Below, one piece after another: positions 27,569 to 37,516 of a stretch of DNA of 64,000 nucleotides. This DNA comes from Thermodesulfobacteriota bacterium (lineage in GTDB: Bacteria > Desulfobacterota > Binatia > Bin18). Where the stretch lies: positions 3,168,001 to 3,232,000 of the forward strand of contig OZ219926.1 of assembly GCA_964291405.2 (NCBI GenBank). The letters run 5' to 3'. The notes under the pieces were generated by a model that saw only the letters and a program-made list of their open reading frames with translations, ran no database searches and was not told the origin of the DNA. Both the position numbers and the translations under genes were made by a program. Numbering within the stretch: the stretch's first letter is position 1; each line of letters opens with the position of its first letter.

Positions 27569-27804
27569 CAAGGCTGCACCGAATTCTTCTCAAATGCGCT
27601 TACAGATACAAAGACTATTGGTGACCGCTCTGCTCACAATAGGTATTATACGGCGACTCGGCCAGATCTTGATCAGCTTCAGTCAGGAATGCGACTTGTC
27701 GTTGAGGAGTTAATCCAGCTTGGTGATTTGAAGAAAAGGAATTAATTTCTCAAGTTCTTCCTCTTAATTCCTGTCAGGTTCTCTCCGCACAAGGCTGCAC
27801 CGAA
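27569..27804 (+). repeat. 15-bp direct repeat flanking a 206-bp insert
   Basis: CAAGGCTGCACCGAA at 27569-27583 and 27790-27804. Confidence 0.8.
27584..27745 (+). pseudogene. C-terminal fragment of a HEPN-like protein
   Basis: Start-less frame FFSNALTDTKTIGDRSAHNRYYTATRPDLDQLQSGMRLVVEELIQLGDLKKRN*; lower GC than the flanks. Confidence 0.5.
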
Positions 27805-27813
27805 CACCTTCGC

Positions 27814-29076
27814 TTAATATCCCTTCGCCTTCCGGCCAAAAATTCGTTTTATACGTTCGACCGGTCCAAAGCGACTGACCACCACAATAAAGACCTTGCG
27901 CAGCCGGTCTTCCGGACACTGAAGCGGCCGCATGGCGTGCCAGGAGCTGCCGTTGCGGGCGAAGAGCAGGCTGGAGTTACCGATAGCGTGTGATGCTGAG
28001 ACGCTATCAAAGTCCTCTATGTGTGGTGCGGAGTTGCGCGGGAAGCGACCCCCGTCGTCGAGGAGCAAGGTTTGTCCCCCCCAGGCCGGGTCCCAATCCT
28101 GCTCGGTATTGAAATAAAAAATATGCGAACCCAGCTTGTCCTTGGCGTCGCAGTGCGGCGAGATGGAACAGCCGGGCGGGGTGTAGTGCCAGTGAAAGCG
28201 TAAGGCAAAGGCGTGCGTGTCGAGTAAACGACCAAGAAAATTCTGATAGGTCGGGCCGCGCAGCTCGGCAATAAAATCCTTCCAGACTTGGGCTACCGGT
28301 AGGGAGTCGTGGTAGGCCAATAAAAAGCGATCATGGCTACGCTGGCCGTGGGCGCGCGGTTTGCCAAAGACCCAATGCCACGCCCGGGATTGCCGGCGGA
28401 CCTCGTAGCGGCGCAGCGGGTTCGCATCACGGTCGAACTCGTACACGAACGGCGTACCGGTCAGTGGCCGTTTGACGCGCGGGATGTCGGGTTCGGGCAC
28501 CCCATCGAGCCAGGTCGTCAGGGCGCGCAGGCTGTTACCGTGCGCGACGACCAATACCCGCCGGCCGGCCCTGATGGCCGGAACCAGAGCGTCGCGCCAA
28601 TAGGGTAGTACGCGTGCCCTGACGTCACGAAGGCTCTCGGTCAGCGGCTCTCGATTGTCCGGCCCGGCGTCCCGCAGGTCCATATCGACCAGATCGTCGC
28701 CGGTTTCTCGGGCCGGCGGTGCAATCTCGAAGTGTTGTTGCCATATCGTGACCTGTCGGTGTCCGTAGCGTCGGGCGACATCGGCGCGGCTCATACCCTG
28801 CAGGGCGCCGTAATGCCGTTCGTTGAGCCGCCAGCTTGTCTGCACCGGGATGGACAGTGCCAGGGCGTCTAGCACAATGCTGAGGGTGTCGATGGAACGC
28901 CGCAGCGCCGAACTAAAGGCGATGTCGAACGAGAAACCGTGCGCCCGGAGCAAGTCGGCCGCGGCGCGCGTCTGCTCGCGGCCATGTGAACTCAGTGGGA
29001 CGTCGGCCCAACCCGTAAAACGGCGCGCCTCATTCCAGACGCTGTGGCCGTGGCGCAGAAAGACGACCGGCGTCAT
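27814..29076 (-). CDS. GpmA-like phosphoglycerate mutase fused to a 2OG-Fe(II) oxygenase domain
   Basis: LRHGHS.WN..RRFTGWADVPL, WRLNERHYGALQG, VAHGNSLRAL; then SPHCDAKDKLGSHIFYFN, WGGQTL, SWH, RKVF. Confidence 0.85.
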   Translation of the reverse strand: MTPVVFLRHGHSVWNEARRFTGWADVPLSSHGREQTRAAADLLRAHGFSFDIAFSSALRRSIDTLSIVLDALALSIPVQTSWRLNERHYGALQGMSRADVARRYGHRQVTIWQQHFEIAPPARETGDDLVDMDLRDAGPDNREPLTESLRDVRARVLPYWRDALVPAIRAGRRVLVVAHGNSLRALTTWLDGVPEPDIPRVKRPLTGTPFVYEFDRDANPLRRYEVRRQSRAWHWVFGKPRAHGQRSHDRFLLAYHDSLPVAQVWKDFIAELRGPTYQNFLGRLLDTHAFALRFHWHYTPPGCSISPHCDAKDKLGSHIFYFNTEQDWDPAWGGQTLLLDDGGRFPRNSAPHIEDFDSVSASHAIGNSSLLFARNGSSWHAMRPLQCPEDRLRKVFIVVVSRFGPVERIKRIFGRKAKGY

Positions 29077-31568
29077 GGCTGCACGCGGAACGGGAGTAGG
29101 CCGCGGACTTGCTCCGTCACCCTGTCGAGTTCCCGCAGGGCCGGCCGCGGCCGGAGTTCGAGTGGATTGTTCGAGACACCGGCATCCGGAAAAAGCGCAG
29201 CGCTGCCCTGTTCGATCAACGCGACGTGAAGCGCGTTCAGGTCACGCCGCGGCTGGACGATGCCGCGTTCGATCAGCCGCCCGCACACATACGCCAGGCC
29301 GCGTTGTGGCCGCGGGCGACCCCGTTTGTTTCTCTGCTGGGATTGGGCGCGCATGAGGATCCAGTCTTTAGCCCGCTCCAGGACACCGGCCGACCGCTCC
29401 GCGAGGGGATAAATATACACGGGCTTTTCTGTTGCCACGGCTTCGGCCAGCATGGATTCGCTCTCGCCCGTCACGATCAGGAGGTCGGCCAGCGCCAGAT
29501 AGCCCAGGTAAGGGTTGTCGGCCCGGTCTGGTCGCCACGCATACACCGAGTGCCGCGGCCCCAGGCTAGCTGCCAGCGCCTTAGCCGCGGCATGGCCGGT
29601 TCGACGGCTGGTCGTGGCGAACACTGTACCGTGGAGGCGTTCGGCGAAGGCCCGGACCTCGGCGCCAAGCCGGTCGGCTTGGTCGGGGGTCAACTCGTGT
29701 CTGGCGGTCGCGCCGCCGACCAGTAGCATGATCCAGGGGCGCGGCGCGGCTTCGACCTGATCCCGCCACGTGTCGGCTGCGGTTTCAAGCCGTTCGGGAT
29801 TGACCTGGGTGACCGGCGCGCCGGTCTCGATACGTCGCGGGTGGGGTGGGAGACGGAAATGCTCGCAAACGACACTGATGTCGGTCGGCGCGACTGGTCG
29901 GCTGCCAATGCGGCCCAACAACACGAGATGGGTTCGGCCGTGGCTTTCGTGCTGAATCCAGCGCGCGACCCGACCCGGGCGCCAGCCCGCGACGATCACC
30001 AAGTCTGGCCAGGGTGGGCCGAGTACGTCGGACTGGCTGATGTCCAAGCCACGGCGTGTCGCCCGGTCGGTGCCGAGCAGGTATTTGTACAGGCCGGTCG
30101 GCCCCCGGAAGTGCAGGGTCTTGGTCGTGTACGGCCAGCCGAGGGCATCAGCCAAGCCGCGGGCCTGCGTGGTATGCCCTGGCTTATGCGAGATCAGCAC
30201 CCACACGATGGGTTCATGTCCAAGGGCTCCGCCGGCATAGTCGCCGTCCGCACGTCCGCTGTCGGTCGGCGCTTCGAGACGGAGATGCCAGCGCAGCTTC
30301 GGGTAACGACGGCTGGCGGCGTCCAAATGCGTCTGCCACCAGGGTAGTGGTCGCACCCGGCCCTGGAGACGGGTGCCGTTTGGTAGACGGTGTTCATACG
30401 GAACCACGTTGACCGAGACAGACACAAAGCGATGGGCGCGACGAAAGAGCTCTTCCAACATCCACGGGACATCCTCGTCAGGAAGAAAATCCAGGGTATC
30501 TGTACAGACAACGCCGTCTGCGACTTCGCAGGCGGAAGGGGTTGGGGCGGCAAAGGCCGGATTATAGTGGGATACGAGAGGGTCATGACTACGAGTCAAA
30601 GAGGGACTGAGGCCAAAGGAATAATCCAGTAGGGTGCGACTCTGTGTGGTTACTCTGAGTTTTTCTATATGCTTCTGAAAGTCGTTCTTATGACCATTTC
30701 GAGTTGCTTGCATCGAGCAGGCCGGCGGGGCGGACTGGGGCGAAGCGTCCCGTATGTGAGCGCACACCGCTAGGTATTGGGTGCTTGGCCGGTGGACCTG
30801 AAATACCTGATAGCCGGCTTCGTTTGCTGCCTGTTCCAGGTCAAGCCAGACCTGCCCGACGGGGTTGTGTTGGTAGGCGAATCGCTGGGGAAACGGTTGC
30901 CAGGGCTGGGCATGAATCGTGGTATAGTGCAGCAGCTTGGAGCGTCTCGGGTCATACTCATCGTCCCGCGCGTTCCAGTGGGAGTCAAGCTGGCCCCAGA
31001 GGCCGGAGATGGCGCGTGCCTCAGCCTCCAACCGCTGGCGCCGCTGCCGTTGGGCGGCCTCCAGCGTCCAGGCTGAGGCCATCCGTTCACAATCGATCAA
31101 CATAACCGAGGTATCGTGATCGTGAATGGACAGAAAACCGGAGTTGCCCATAGCGGTGTCGAACAGCTCGCCGGGATCGGCCAGATAAATCTGGTCGGTG
31201 TCATTATAGATGGCGCGCCCGCGCCCCCCGGCAAAATGCGGGATGGCAAAGCGGTAGTTCGTAAAGCCCGTCAGCCAGCCGCGCCGGTCAAAACCGGCCA
31301 GGTCTTTCATCAAGTATAATTCGTAGACGCGCGCCGGGTCGCGGACCCGTTCAATCGACCAGACGAAGACCCGCTCGGCCCGATACTGGTCCGGTTCCGT
31401 TCCGATGAAGATACGGACCGGTGGTCGCTCGCTCGGAGTCATCCCTTCTCGAACACCGAGGACGACACGTTCGAGCTGGGTACGGGTGCCCGGTCTGGCA
31501 TACGGCTCTGCCCGCAGCAGTGCCGCTATTCTCTTACGCAGTGGTACTGAAAAACCCGAAACGCCCAT
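29073..31568 (-). CDS. Multidomain protein: GT8-like glycosyltransferase, degenerate methyltransferase-like domain, ELM1-family domain
   Basis: TGFTNYRF..P..AG..GRAIYNDTDQ; DGVVCTDTLDFLPDEDVPW; PPWPDLVIVAG, TTSRRT, NPYLGYLALAD..IVTGESESMLAEA. Confidence 0.8.
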   Translation of the reverse strand: MGVSGFSVPLRKRIAALLRAEPYARPGTRTQLERVVLGVREGMTPSERPPVRIFIGTEPDQYRAERVFVWSIERVRDPARVYELYLMKDLAGFDRRGWLTGFTNYRFAIPHFAGGRGRAIYNDTDQIYLADPGELFDTAMGNSGFLSIHDHDTSVMLIDCERMASAWTLEAAQRQRRQRLEAEARAISGLWGQLDSHWNARDDEYDPRRSKLLHYTTIHAQPWQPFPQRFAYQHNPVGQVWLDLEQAANEAGYQVFQVHRPSTQYLAVCAHIRDASPQSAPPACSMQATRNGHKNDFQKHIEKLRVTTQSRTLLDYSFGLSPSLTRSHDPLVSHYNPAFAAPTPSACEVADGVVCTDTLDFLPDEDVPWMLEELFRRAHRFVSVSVNVVPYEHRLPNGTRLQGRVRPLPWWQTHLDAASRRYPKLRWHLRLEAPTDSGRADGDYAGGALGHEPIVWVLISHKPGHTTQARGLADALGWPYTTKTLHFRGPTGLYKYLLGTDRATRRGLDISQSDVLGPPWPDLVIVAGWRPGRVARWIQHESHGRTHLVLLGRIGSRPVAPTDISVVCEHFRLPPHPRRIETGAPVTQVNPERLETAADTWRDQVEAAPRPWIMLLVGGATARHELTPDQADRLGAEVRAFAERLHGTVFATTSRRTGHAAAKALAASLGPRHSVYAWRPDRADNPYLGYLALADLLIVTGESESMLAEAVATEKPVYIYPLAERSAGVLERAKDWILMRAQSQQRNKRGRPRPQRGLAYVCGRLIERGIVQPRRDLNALHVALIEQGSAALFPDAGVSNNPLELRPRPALRELDRVTEQVRGLLPFRVQP

Positions 31569-31587
31569 GGCCTGACAATTCTATACC

Positions 31588-33332
31588 TTACGCAATTTTC
31601 CGTGCGTCGTGAAACGACGCGGTCGCGTCAACTGGTCTGAGCCGCCCGTCCTCTAACCGGTAGACATGGTCAGCAATATCCAACAGGGCCGGCTGGTGGG
31701 AAATCGCCAGAATCGTCATGGTTCCACGCAGTTGCTGAACGGTCTGGCAAATAGCGGCCTCACTCTCAGGGTCAAGCGCAGTGGTGGCTTCATCCAAAAT
31801 GAGGAGTTGAGGCGTGTGCACCAGAGCGCGGGCAATAGCAATCCGCTGCCGCTGGCCACCGGATAAACGGGCGCCCCGCTCTCCGACTCGCGTCGCCATT
31901 CCGTCCGGAAGGTTTTGCACAAACTCCCAGGCTCTCGGCGGCGCGTAAGGCCGCTTTTACGTCCGTCCTCGGTCAGCGCGGTATCGCCCAGCGTCACGTT
32001 GGCAACGATACTCTCGTGGAGCAGCAGCATTTCTTGGGGGACATAGCCGATGGCCGTGCGCCACGCCTTGAGATCAATTGAGGTGAGCGGAACCCCGTCA
32101 ATATAGACTGCACCACTCTGGGGCTGGAGCAAACCGGCAATCAGGTCAACCGTAGACGTTTTCCCCGTTCCTGAAGGGCCGATAAGGAGCGTCACTTCGC
32201 CTGCCGGAATGGCGCACGAGGCCCGCTCAAGGATGGGTTTCTCGGTATAAGCGAAGCTGACTTCCTGCAGGCGAATGCCCTGGGTGAGCCGAGGTTGGCG
32301 AGCCCCGGTATTGACTTCGCGCGCAGCCTCTGACTGCCGGAGGGTGTCTTGCAGGGACCAATAAGCGCTCTCCTGGACGGCCATGCGTTGGTACTGGCGT
32401 TGGGCCTTGTTCAGGCTACTCAAGGTCCGGCCAAACAGGACAACAAGCATAATGACCGCGTCAAGAGACAATGCCCAGCGCGTCAAGGCAACATACAGTC
32501 CCCCGACCAAACAGGCGATCAGCAGTGGGTCCTGTAGAGCGCGTAATGCCTCTTTACTCAGGACCGCACGCTGGAGCGCGCGTTGTAAGCGTTGGGTCCC
32601 ACGTTCGAGGAGCGGGCCGACCTGAGTTTCGCGCGCCATGGCCTTGAGCGGCTTGACCGCGTACAGCACATCGGTCAGTTGGCTGAGCATGCCCTTTAGT
32701 AGGGCGGTCTGGCGAGCGCCGGCCCGCCGTGCCAGCCGCACCAGACGGTGTAATCCAAAGACGATCAACAGACCAAACAGCGCGGCCGCGAGGGTGGCCT
32801 GCCAGGAGACGGACAGTGCGAGGGCAACGTAGAGGAGGGTTTGGATACTGAAGGCAATAATGGTGACCGCGTACAGATAGGCTTCAGAGGCTCGACTGGC
32901 TTCGGTCGCAAACGCATTGGCAAAGCTGCCCACTGGCTGACGGACATAGTATTCCCAGCGGGCGGCCAGGAGTGAGCGTAACAGAGAGAGCCGCAGGTCG
33001 GTGGCGACATGGGCGACCGTATAGCCCACCTGCTTTTGGGCGAGGAGGACAAACCCGGCTTTGAGGACCATGCCCGCGACGATGATCAGGCACAGCAGGC
33101 CGATACTCGGCTGGAGCCCAAAGGTGGCGAGTATATCGTGGCTGAACTGTTCCAGGCCGGTTGGAGCCGTGTCCGGTGACAGCGCGCTACTGTGTGCCCG
33201 GGTGGCCAGACTCAAGAGCGGCAGGAGGCTGGAGAAGCTGATGCCTTCCGCAAAGGTGGCGAAGACGAGACAGGCGAGCGTCAGGGCACTCCGGCCGGGA
33301 TAGGCACGGGCAAAGGCAAGCAGGAGACGCAT
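31588..33332 (-). CDS. ABC exporter (MsbA-like permease plus ATPase), frameshifted near 31935-31965
   Basis: TM domain, GPSGTGKT, IGYVPQE, LSGGQRQRIAIARAL, LILDEAT; removing two single extra bases restores EDDVKAALRAAGAWEFVQNL. Confidence 0.88.
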
Positions 33333-33368
33333 GGCGAGAAGAGATAGAGAAAGGCGAGAGAGAAGAAC

Positions 33369-34615
33369 CTATCCCGCTCCCTCTTCTCTCTCCTTTCTGT
33401 TCCAGAACTGCACCAGGCGCAGTGAGTGTAAGCCGAGGGAGACGACCTGCCACACGACGATCACGACAAAGGCCGCCACGGGGAAGCCAAGCAGCAGACC
33501 GACCATAAAGAACGGAACGTTGATGTTGCGCCGCGAGATATAGGTACGCAGACGTTCATCAAACGGGGTACAGCCATGAATGGACTGGCCGACCCGCGCA
33601 CTGAACAGACCGGCCACAATCCGGTCCAGGGTATAAAAGACCGCCATCCAGACGGCAAGCTGCATCACGGGGGCGGCGATGTCTCCTGCCCCTAAGGCCC
33701 ACGCCCAGGCAAAATACCATACTGGTGGATGGATGATGTCCAGGCCATGATCCAGAATATCGCCTAGCTTGGAGGCGCTGAAGGTCAAACGAGCGAGCTT
33801 GCCGTCAACAGAATCCAGCACACTCATCGTATACGCCAGGGTAAAGGCTGTCACCCAATAGCCCTGAGCAAAGAGGGGCACGGCTAGGACGGTGATACCG
33901 ATATTAAAGAGTGAAACCACATTGGGATGAATCCGCCAGCGCGCCAGCGGACGGACGGCCCGCCAGACTAAGGGAGGGTAGACATATTTGGTAAAGAAGT
34001 CGGTTGAGCCTTTATAGTTAGACCAGAACAGAAAGCGTTGTCCCGGCTGGCCGGGTCCACAATGCGAAATAAATAGACGGGCAGGTCGCGCCGGAGCTTG
34101 CGAATATAGGATGGAACGTCGGTCAAGGGTAATTCTCGTACGCTTTGCTGTTGCAGGCTTTTTTGTGCGAGCTCCAGCAGGGAGGATGCGGGCGTATCGA
34201 TTACATCGAGAAACGCAGGGTCTCCTTCCAGGCGTAGGACTGCGGTCTGCTCTGCTCCTATTTCTCCTCGTGCCACCCAAGAACCAGGCAGTTCAGCAAG
34301 ATGGTGGAGGAGACGGCTGTCGATCACGGCGCTGGCCTCCAGGACGAGTAAAGGAGTGTCGCACGTGTCACCCGGCAGACTGGTCCGATATTCCGCTATC
34401 GTTCGAGAGACATGCCCCCACTGGAGCGGAAGTTCCTGGACAAGAGACGTGGGGAGAAGGGAAGGCAGATTGGTCGTCTCAGGAGCAAGCTGAACATAGA
34501 CCTCGGCCGGTTCCAGGCTGGCTTCGAGAAGCGCGCGCAGCTGTCGTTCGAGCAACGTCATTCCAAAAATCCGGAGTCGGCTGCTCGGATTTGTTGCGTC
34601 AATCCAAATATGCAA
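33369..34615 (-). CDS. CDP-alcohol phosphotransferase (CpgA-like paralog), frameshifted near 34040
   Basis: C-terminal IHPNVVS, LDSVDGKLARLT, GDILDHGLDIIHPP; the N-terminal half in another frame ends RKLRRDLPVYLFRI. Confidence 0.82.
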
Positions 34616-34630
34616 AAATTCCCCTTCCTC

Positions 34631-34715
34631 ATCAGGATGCTCAGGGTTTTTGAGACTATCAAGATTTCCCTTCTTCTTCTATCCTGCTTATCCTCCCATT
34701 CCTGAGAATCCTGAT
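34631..34715. repeat. 85-bp intergenic element with 15-bp terminal inverted repeats (ATCAGGAT family)
   Basis: ATCAGGATGCTCAGG and CCTGAGAATCCTGAT, 1 mismatch; internal ATCCT units. Confidence 0.55.
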
Positions 34716-34742
34716 ATTGCATCGTTCTCTTCGCGGTCTACA

Positions 34743-35606
34743 ATGCCCGACGTGACCACCGCAGCAGTTCAGCAGGCCGAGGAGAGCACCCTGCCTCCTG
34801 TCACGGCCCTAGTTCTTGCCGGCCGACGCGGGCCGAAGGATCGCCTAGCCCACACCGTAGATCAGAGTCACAAAGCCTGTATCCCAGTTGCTGGTGTTCC
34901 GATGATCGTGCGGGTGCTTACCAGCCTCCGGGCGGTCAACCTGGTACAGGACGTTGTGGTCAGTATCGACGATGCCGCAGTCTTGGCCGACTGTGCGGAA
35001 GTAAGAAGGGTTCGATTCCACGCCAGTCAACCCTCTCCGGCAGCGAGTGTCCTGGATTACTTTGAGGCGTACGAGGCACAGGGTCCTGTGCTGGTGACAA
35101 CGGCTGACCATGCGCTGCTCACCCCCGTCATGGTCGAGTATTTCTGTACTGCGGCCCAACACAGCGATGCCGATGTCGTTATTGGGGCGGTCTCCGCTTC
35201 ACTCTTTCGCGCGCAGTATCCCGAGTCACACCGCACCTTTCTCCCCCTGGCGGATGGGAGCTGGAGCGGAACGAATCTCTTTCTCCTACGGACCCCACAG
35301 GCGGCTCGGGCGGTTCGGTTTTGGGTACGAGCTGGACAGTTTCGGAAGCGGCCCTGGCGGCTGGTGAGTACATTTGGATTGGGGAATCTGCTGCGGCTCC
35401 TCTTTCGTCGGCTCGACCGGCCCACGGCTCTGGTCCAGGCTTCCCGCGTCCTGGGAGCACGAGTCGACCTTGTTGATATGCCGTTTGCCGAAGCGGCTAT
35501 TGATGTGGACACCCCCGATGACTTGGTGACAGTTGAACAGATTCTGGCAACCCGTGCCTCATGCGTCCGAACGGACGGCTCAATCAGACAGGAAAACCGC
35601 GTATGA
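34743..35606 (+). CDS. MobA-like NTP transferase (sphingolipid-cluster type)
   Basis: ALVLAGRRG..D.LA....HKA.IPVAG.PM, LVTTADHALLT, SGTNLF, RKRPWRLV, AAIDVDTPDD. Confidence 0.85.
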   Translation: MPDVTTAAVQQAEESTLPPVTALVLAGRRGPKDRLAHTVDQSHKACIPVAGVPMIVRVLTSLRAVNLVQDVVVSIDDAAVLADCAEVRRVRFHASQPSPAASVLDYFEAYEAQGPVLVTTADHALLTPVMVEYFCTAAQHSDADVVIGAVSASLFRAQYPESHRTFLPLADGSWSGTNLFLLRTPQAARAVRFWVRAGQFRKRPWRLVSTFGLGNLLRLLFRRLDRPTALVQASRVLGARVDLVDMPFAEAAIDVDTPDDLVTVEQILATRASCVRTDGSIRQENRV

Positions 35607-36319
35607 CTAAGAAGCAGGACCTCGAAACCATGATGGAACAGACGGGACAGCCATTCAACTCCCCAGCGTTTGATACCTTTACCGCGGCCTGGGCGGTCTC
35701 ACAACGCAAAAAGAAAGCCGCAGAAACTCTGGACCGAGCCGAGACCCAATCCACCCCGGACGCACAGTCTGACGAGACCCAGGCTGTGGAGAATGACCCG
35801 GAAGTTTTACGCCGAAAAACGGAAAATATGTTTCACGGTCCTGTGCTCGATACCTTTACCGCGGCCTGGGCAGCCTCAAAGGGCAAGATCAAAACCCGCC
35901 CGGCACCCAGGCCGGACAATGAGCATATCGTCCGCCAGATTTATACTCATCTCCGTATGGCTGGGATGCAGGGTGATCTTGCACCCATCCTCCAGCCGCT
36001 GTCGGACGATGTGGAATGGCAGTCACCCGGACCTGAGGCGATTCCTTGGGCTGGCACCGTCCGGGGGCGGAAGCAGGTCGTGCAGTGGTTTGCCACGCGT
36101 GGAAAAGCGATAGAGGTCGAGCAGTTTGTGCCTAAAGAATTCATTGCGCAGGGCAATCAGGTGATCGTGATGTGTGAGGAACGCAGCCGGGTGAAGGCCA
36201 CCGGGAAAAGCTATGACGTGGCCGTGATGGTCGCCTGGACCCTGCTGAACGGTGTGATCACCCATTATCGTGAGGCGTATGACACGGCGACAGTGCTGGC
36301 CGCCTTCCAGAATGATTAG
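35603..36319 (+). CDS. SnoaL/NTF2-like protein with a duplicated N-terminal motif
   Basis: LSDDVEWQSPG...IPWAGTVRG, FIAQGNQV, YDTA; DTFTAAWA occurs twice. Confidence 0.8.
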   Translation: MTKKQDLETMMEQTGQPFNSPAFDTFTAAWAVSQRKKKAAETLDRAETQSTPDAQSDETQAVENDPEVLRRKTENMFHGPVLDTFTAAWAASKGKIKTRPAPRPDNEHIVRQIYTHLRMAGMQGDLAPILQPLSDDVEWQSPGPEAIPWAGTVRGRKQVVQWFATRGKAIEVEQFVPKEFIAQGNQVIVMCEERSRVKATGKSYDVAVMVAWTLLNGVITHYREAYDTATVLAAFQND

Positions 36320-36412
36320 GGAGTGCTGTGTGTTCGAGCCGAACCGTGCGCCGGATTCATATCCGCTTTAGTCGAATGCTGTCAGGCCTGTGGCCACGGC
36401 TAGGTCCCGTCT

Positions 36413-37447
36413 CTAGGTTGCCTGGAGTGCTTCTGTGGTGTCTGGATTTTTCGGGGCAGGGGCTGCGCGAAAGTACTGATCTCTGTCCGCGGAGCGTATT
36501 GTAATGTCTTTGATCTCTGTCCCGTGGAGGAGGGTGAGGGTGATATCGGCACCGGCCTCCCCAACCGCCCACATCTTTCGATAGAAGTCCGCCTGGTCTT
36601 TGACCGGTTGACCGGTAACCTTGAGGACCAGATCGTTGACCTGCACCCCGGCTTGTTCTGCCGGGCCGTCCGGTGCCACAAACATAATAATCAGCTTATC
36701 GCGGAACTCTTCAGTAAAGAGCCCGAGCCAGGGCCGAGGGGCCGCTCTGGCGCGACCGGTCCGAATCAGGTCGGTGAGGATGGGTTTGAGATGGTCAATC
36801 GGCACAAACATATTTCCGGTCAGAGACTCCCGACCGGGTAGGGCGTCATTGACCAGCAGTGAGCCGATACCCAGGAGCTTTCCGTCCGGCCCAATCAGCG
36901 CTGCACCGGCGTAACGGGGATGTGGCGGCGCGGTGAATATGGCGTCTTCGAGCAGGTATTCCCAATAGCCGGCAAATTCCCGCCGTGAGGTCACCAAAGT
37001 CGGGCGCACCGAAGCCGCACTGCTGTCGCTGGCAATAATGACTTCTGTCCGTTCATCCAGGTCGGAGGACTTGCCGAACGGCATGGGGGTGACGTTGAGC
37101 GGTTCGTCCGCGCGTAAGAGCCCAAAACCGGTCTGCGTGTCATGGGCAATAACGGTGGCTGGGATGCGTCTCCCCTCTATGCCCGTGACTTCAACCCGGC
37201 GGGCTTCCATGACCAAATAGCCGATGGTCAGAATATGGCCTTCCGTATCGATGATCACGCCGCTTCCGCTGCGTTGTTCCCCGAGAAACTGGGCCGTGCG
37301 CGCACTAGCCGGTATCTCGGCATGGATCGTCACCATAGCCGAGAGGACTTCCCGGGCGACGGGCGCCTGAGCGGCCGGTTGCGGGCTGAACACTGGGCTC
37401 AGGAGACCAACAAAGAACAGCAGCAACAAAGATAGGCACTTCTTCAT
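36413..37447 (-). CDS. Secreted S1C/HtrA-like protein with PDZ, catalytic residues apparently substituted
   Basis: Signal peptide, SGSGVIID..GHILTIGYLV, YAGAAL..DGKLLGIG, RPWLGL (PDZ). Confidence 0.82.
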   Translation of the reverse strand: MKKCLSLLLLFFVGLLSPVFSPQPAAQAPVAREVLSAMVTIHAEIPASARTAQFLGEQRSGSGVIIDTEGHILTIGYLVMEARRVEVTGIEGRRIPATVIAHDTQTGFGLLRADEPLNVTPMPFGKSSDLDERTEVIIASDSSAASVRPTLVTSRREFAGYWEYLLEDAIFTAPPHPRYAGAALIGPDGKLLGIGSLLVNDALPGRESLTGNMFVPIDHLKPILTDLIRTGRARAAPRPWLGLFTEEFRDKLIIMFVAPDGPAEQAGVQVNDLVLKVTGQPVKDQADFYRKMWAVGEAGADITLTLLHGTEIKDITIRSADRDQYFRAAPAPKNPDTTEALQAT

Positions 37448-37516
37448 AATCAGACTCTCTGCGTAGCCTAACTCTGCTTCTAGCTCCAGGCTTGCGGCAG
37501 AGTCAAGAGTGAGGCG

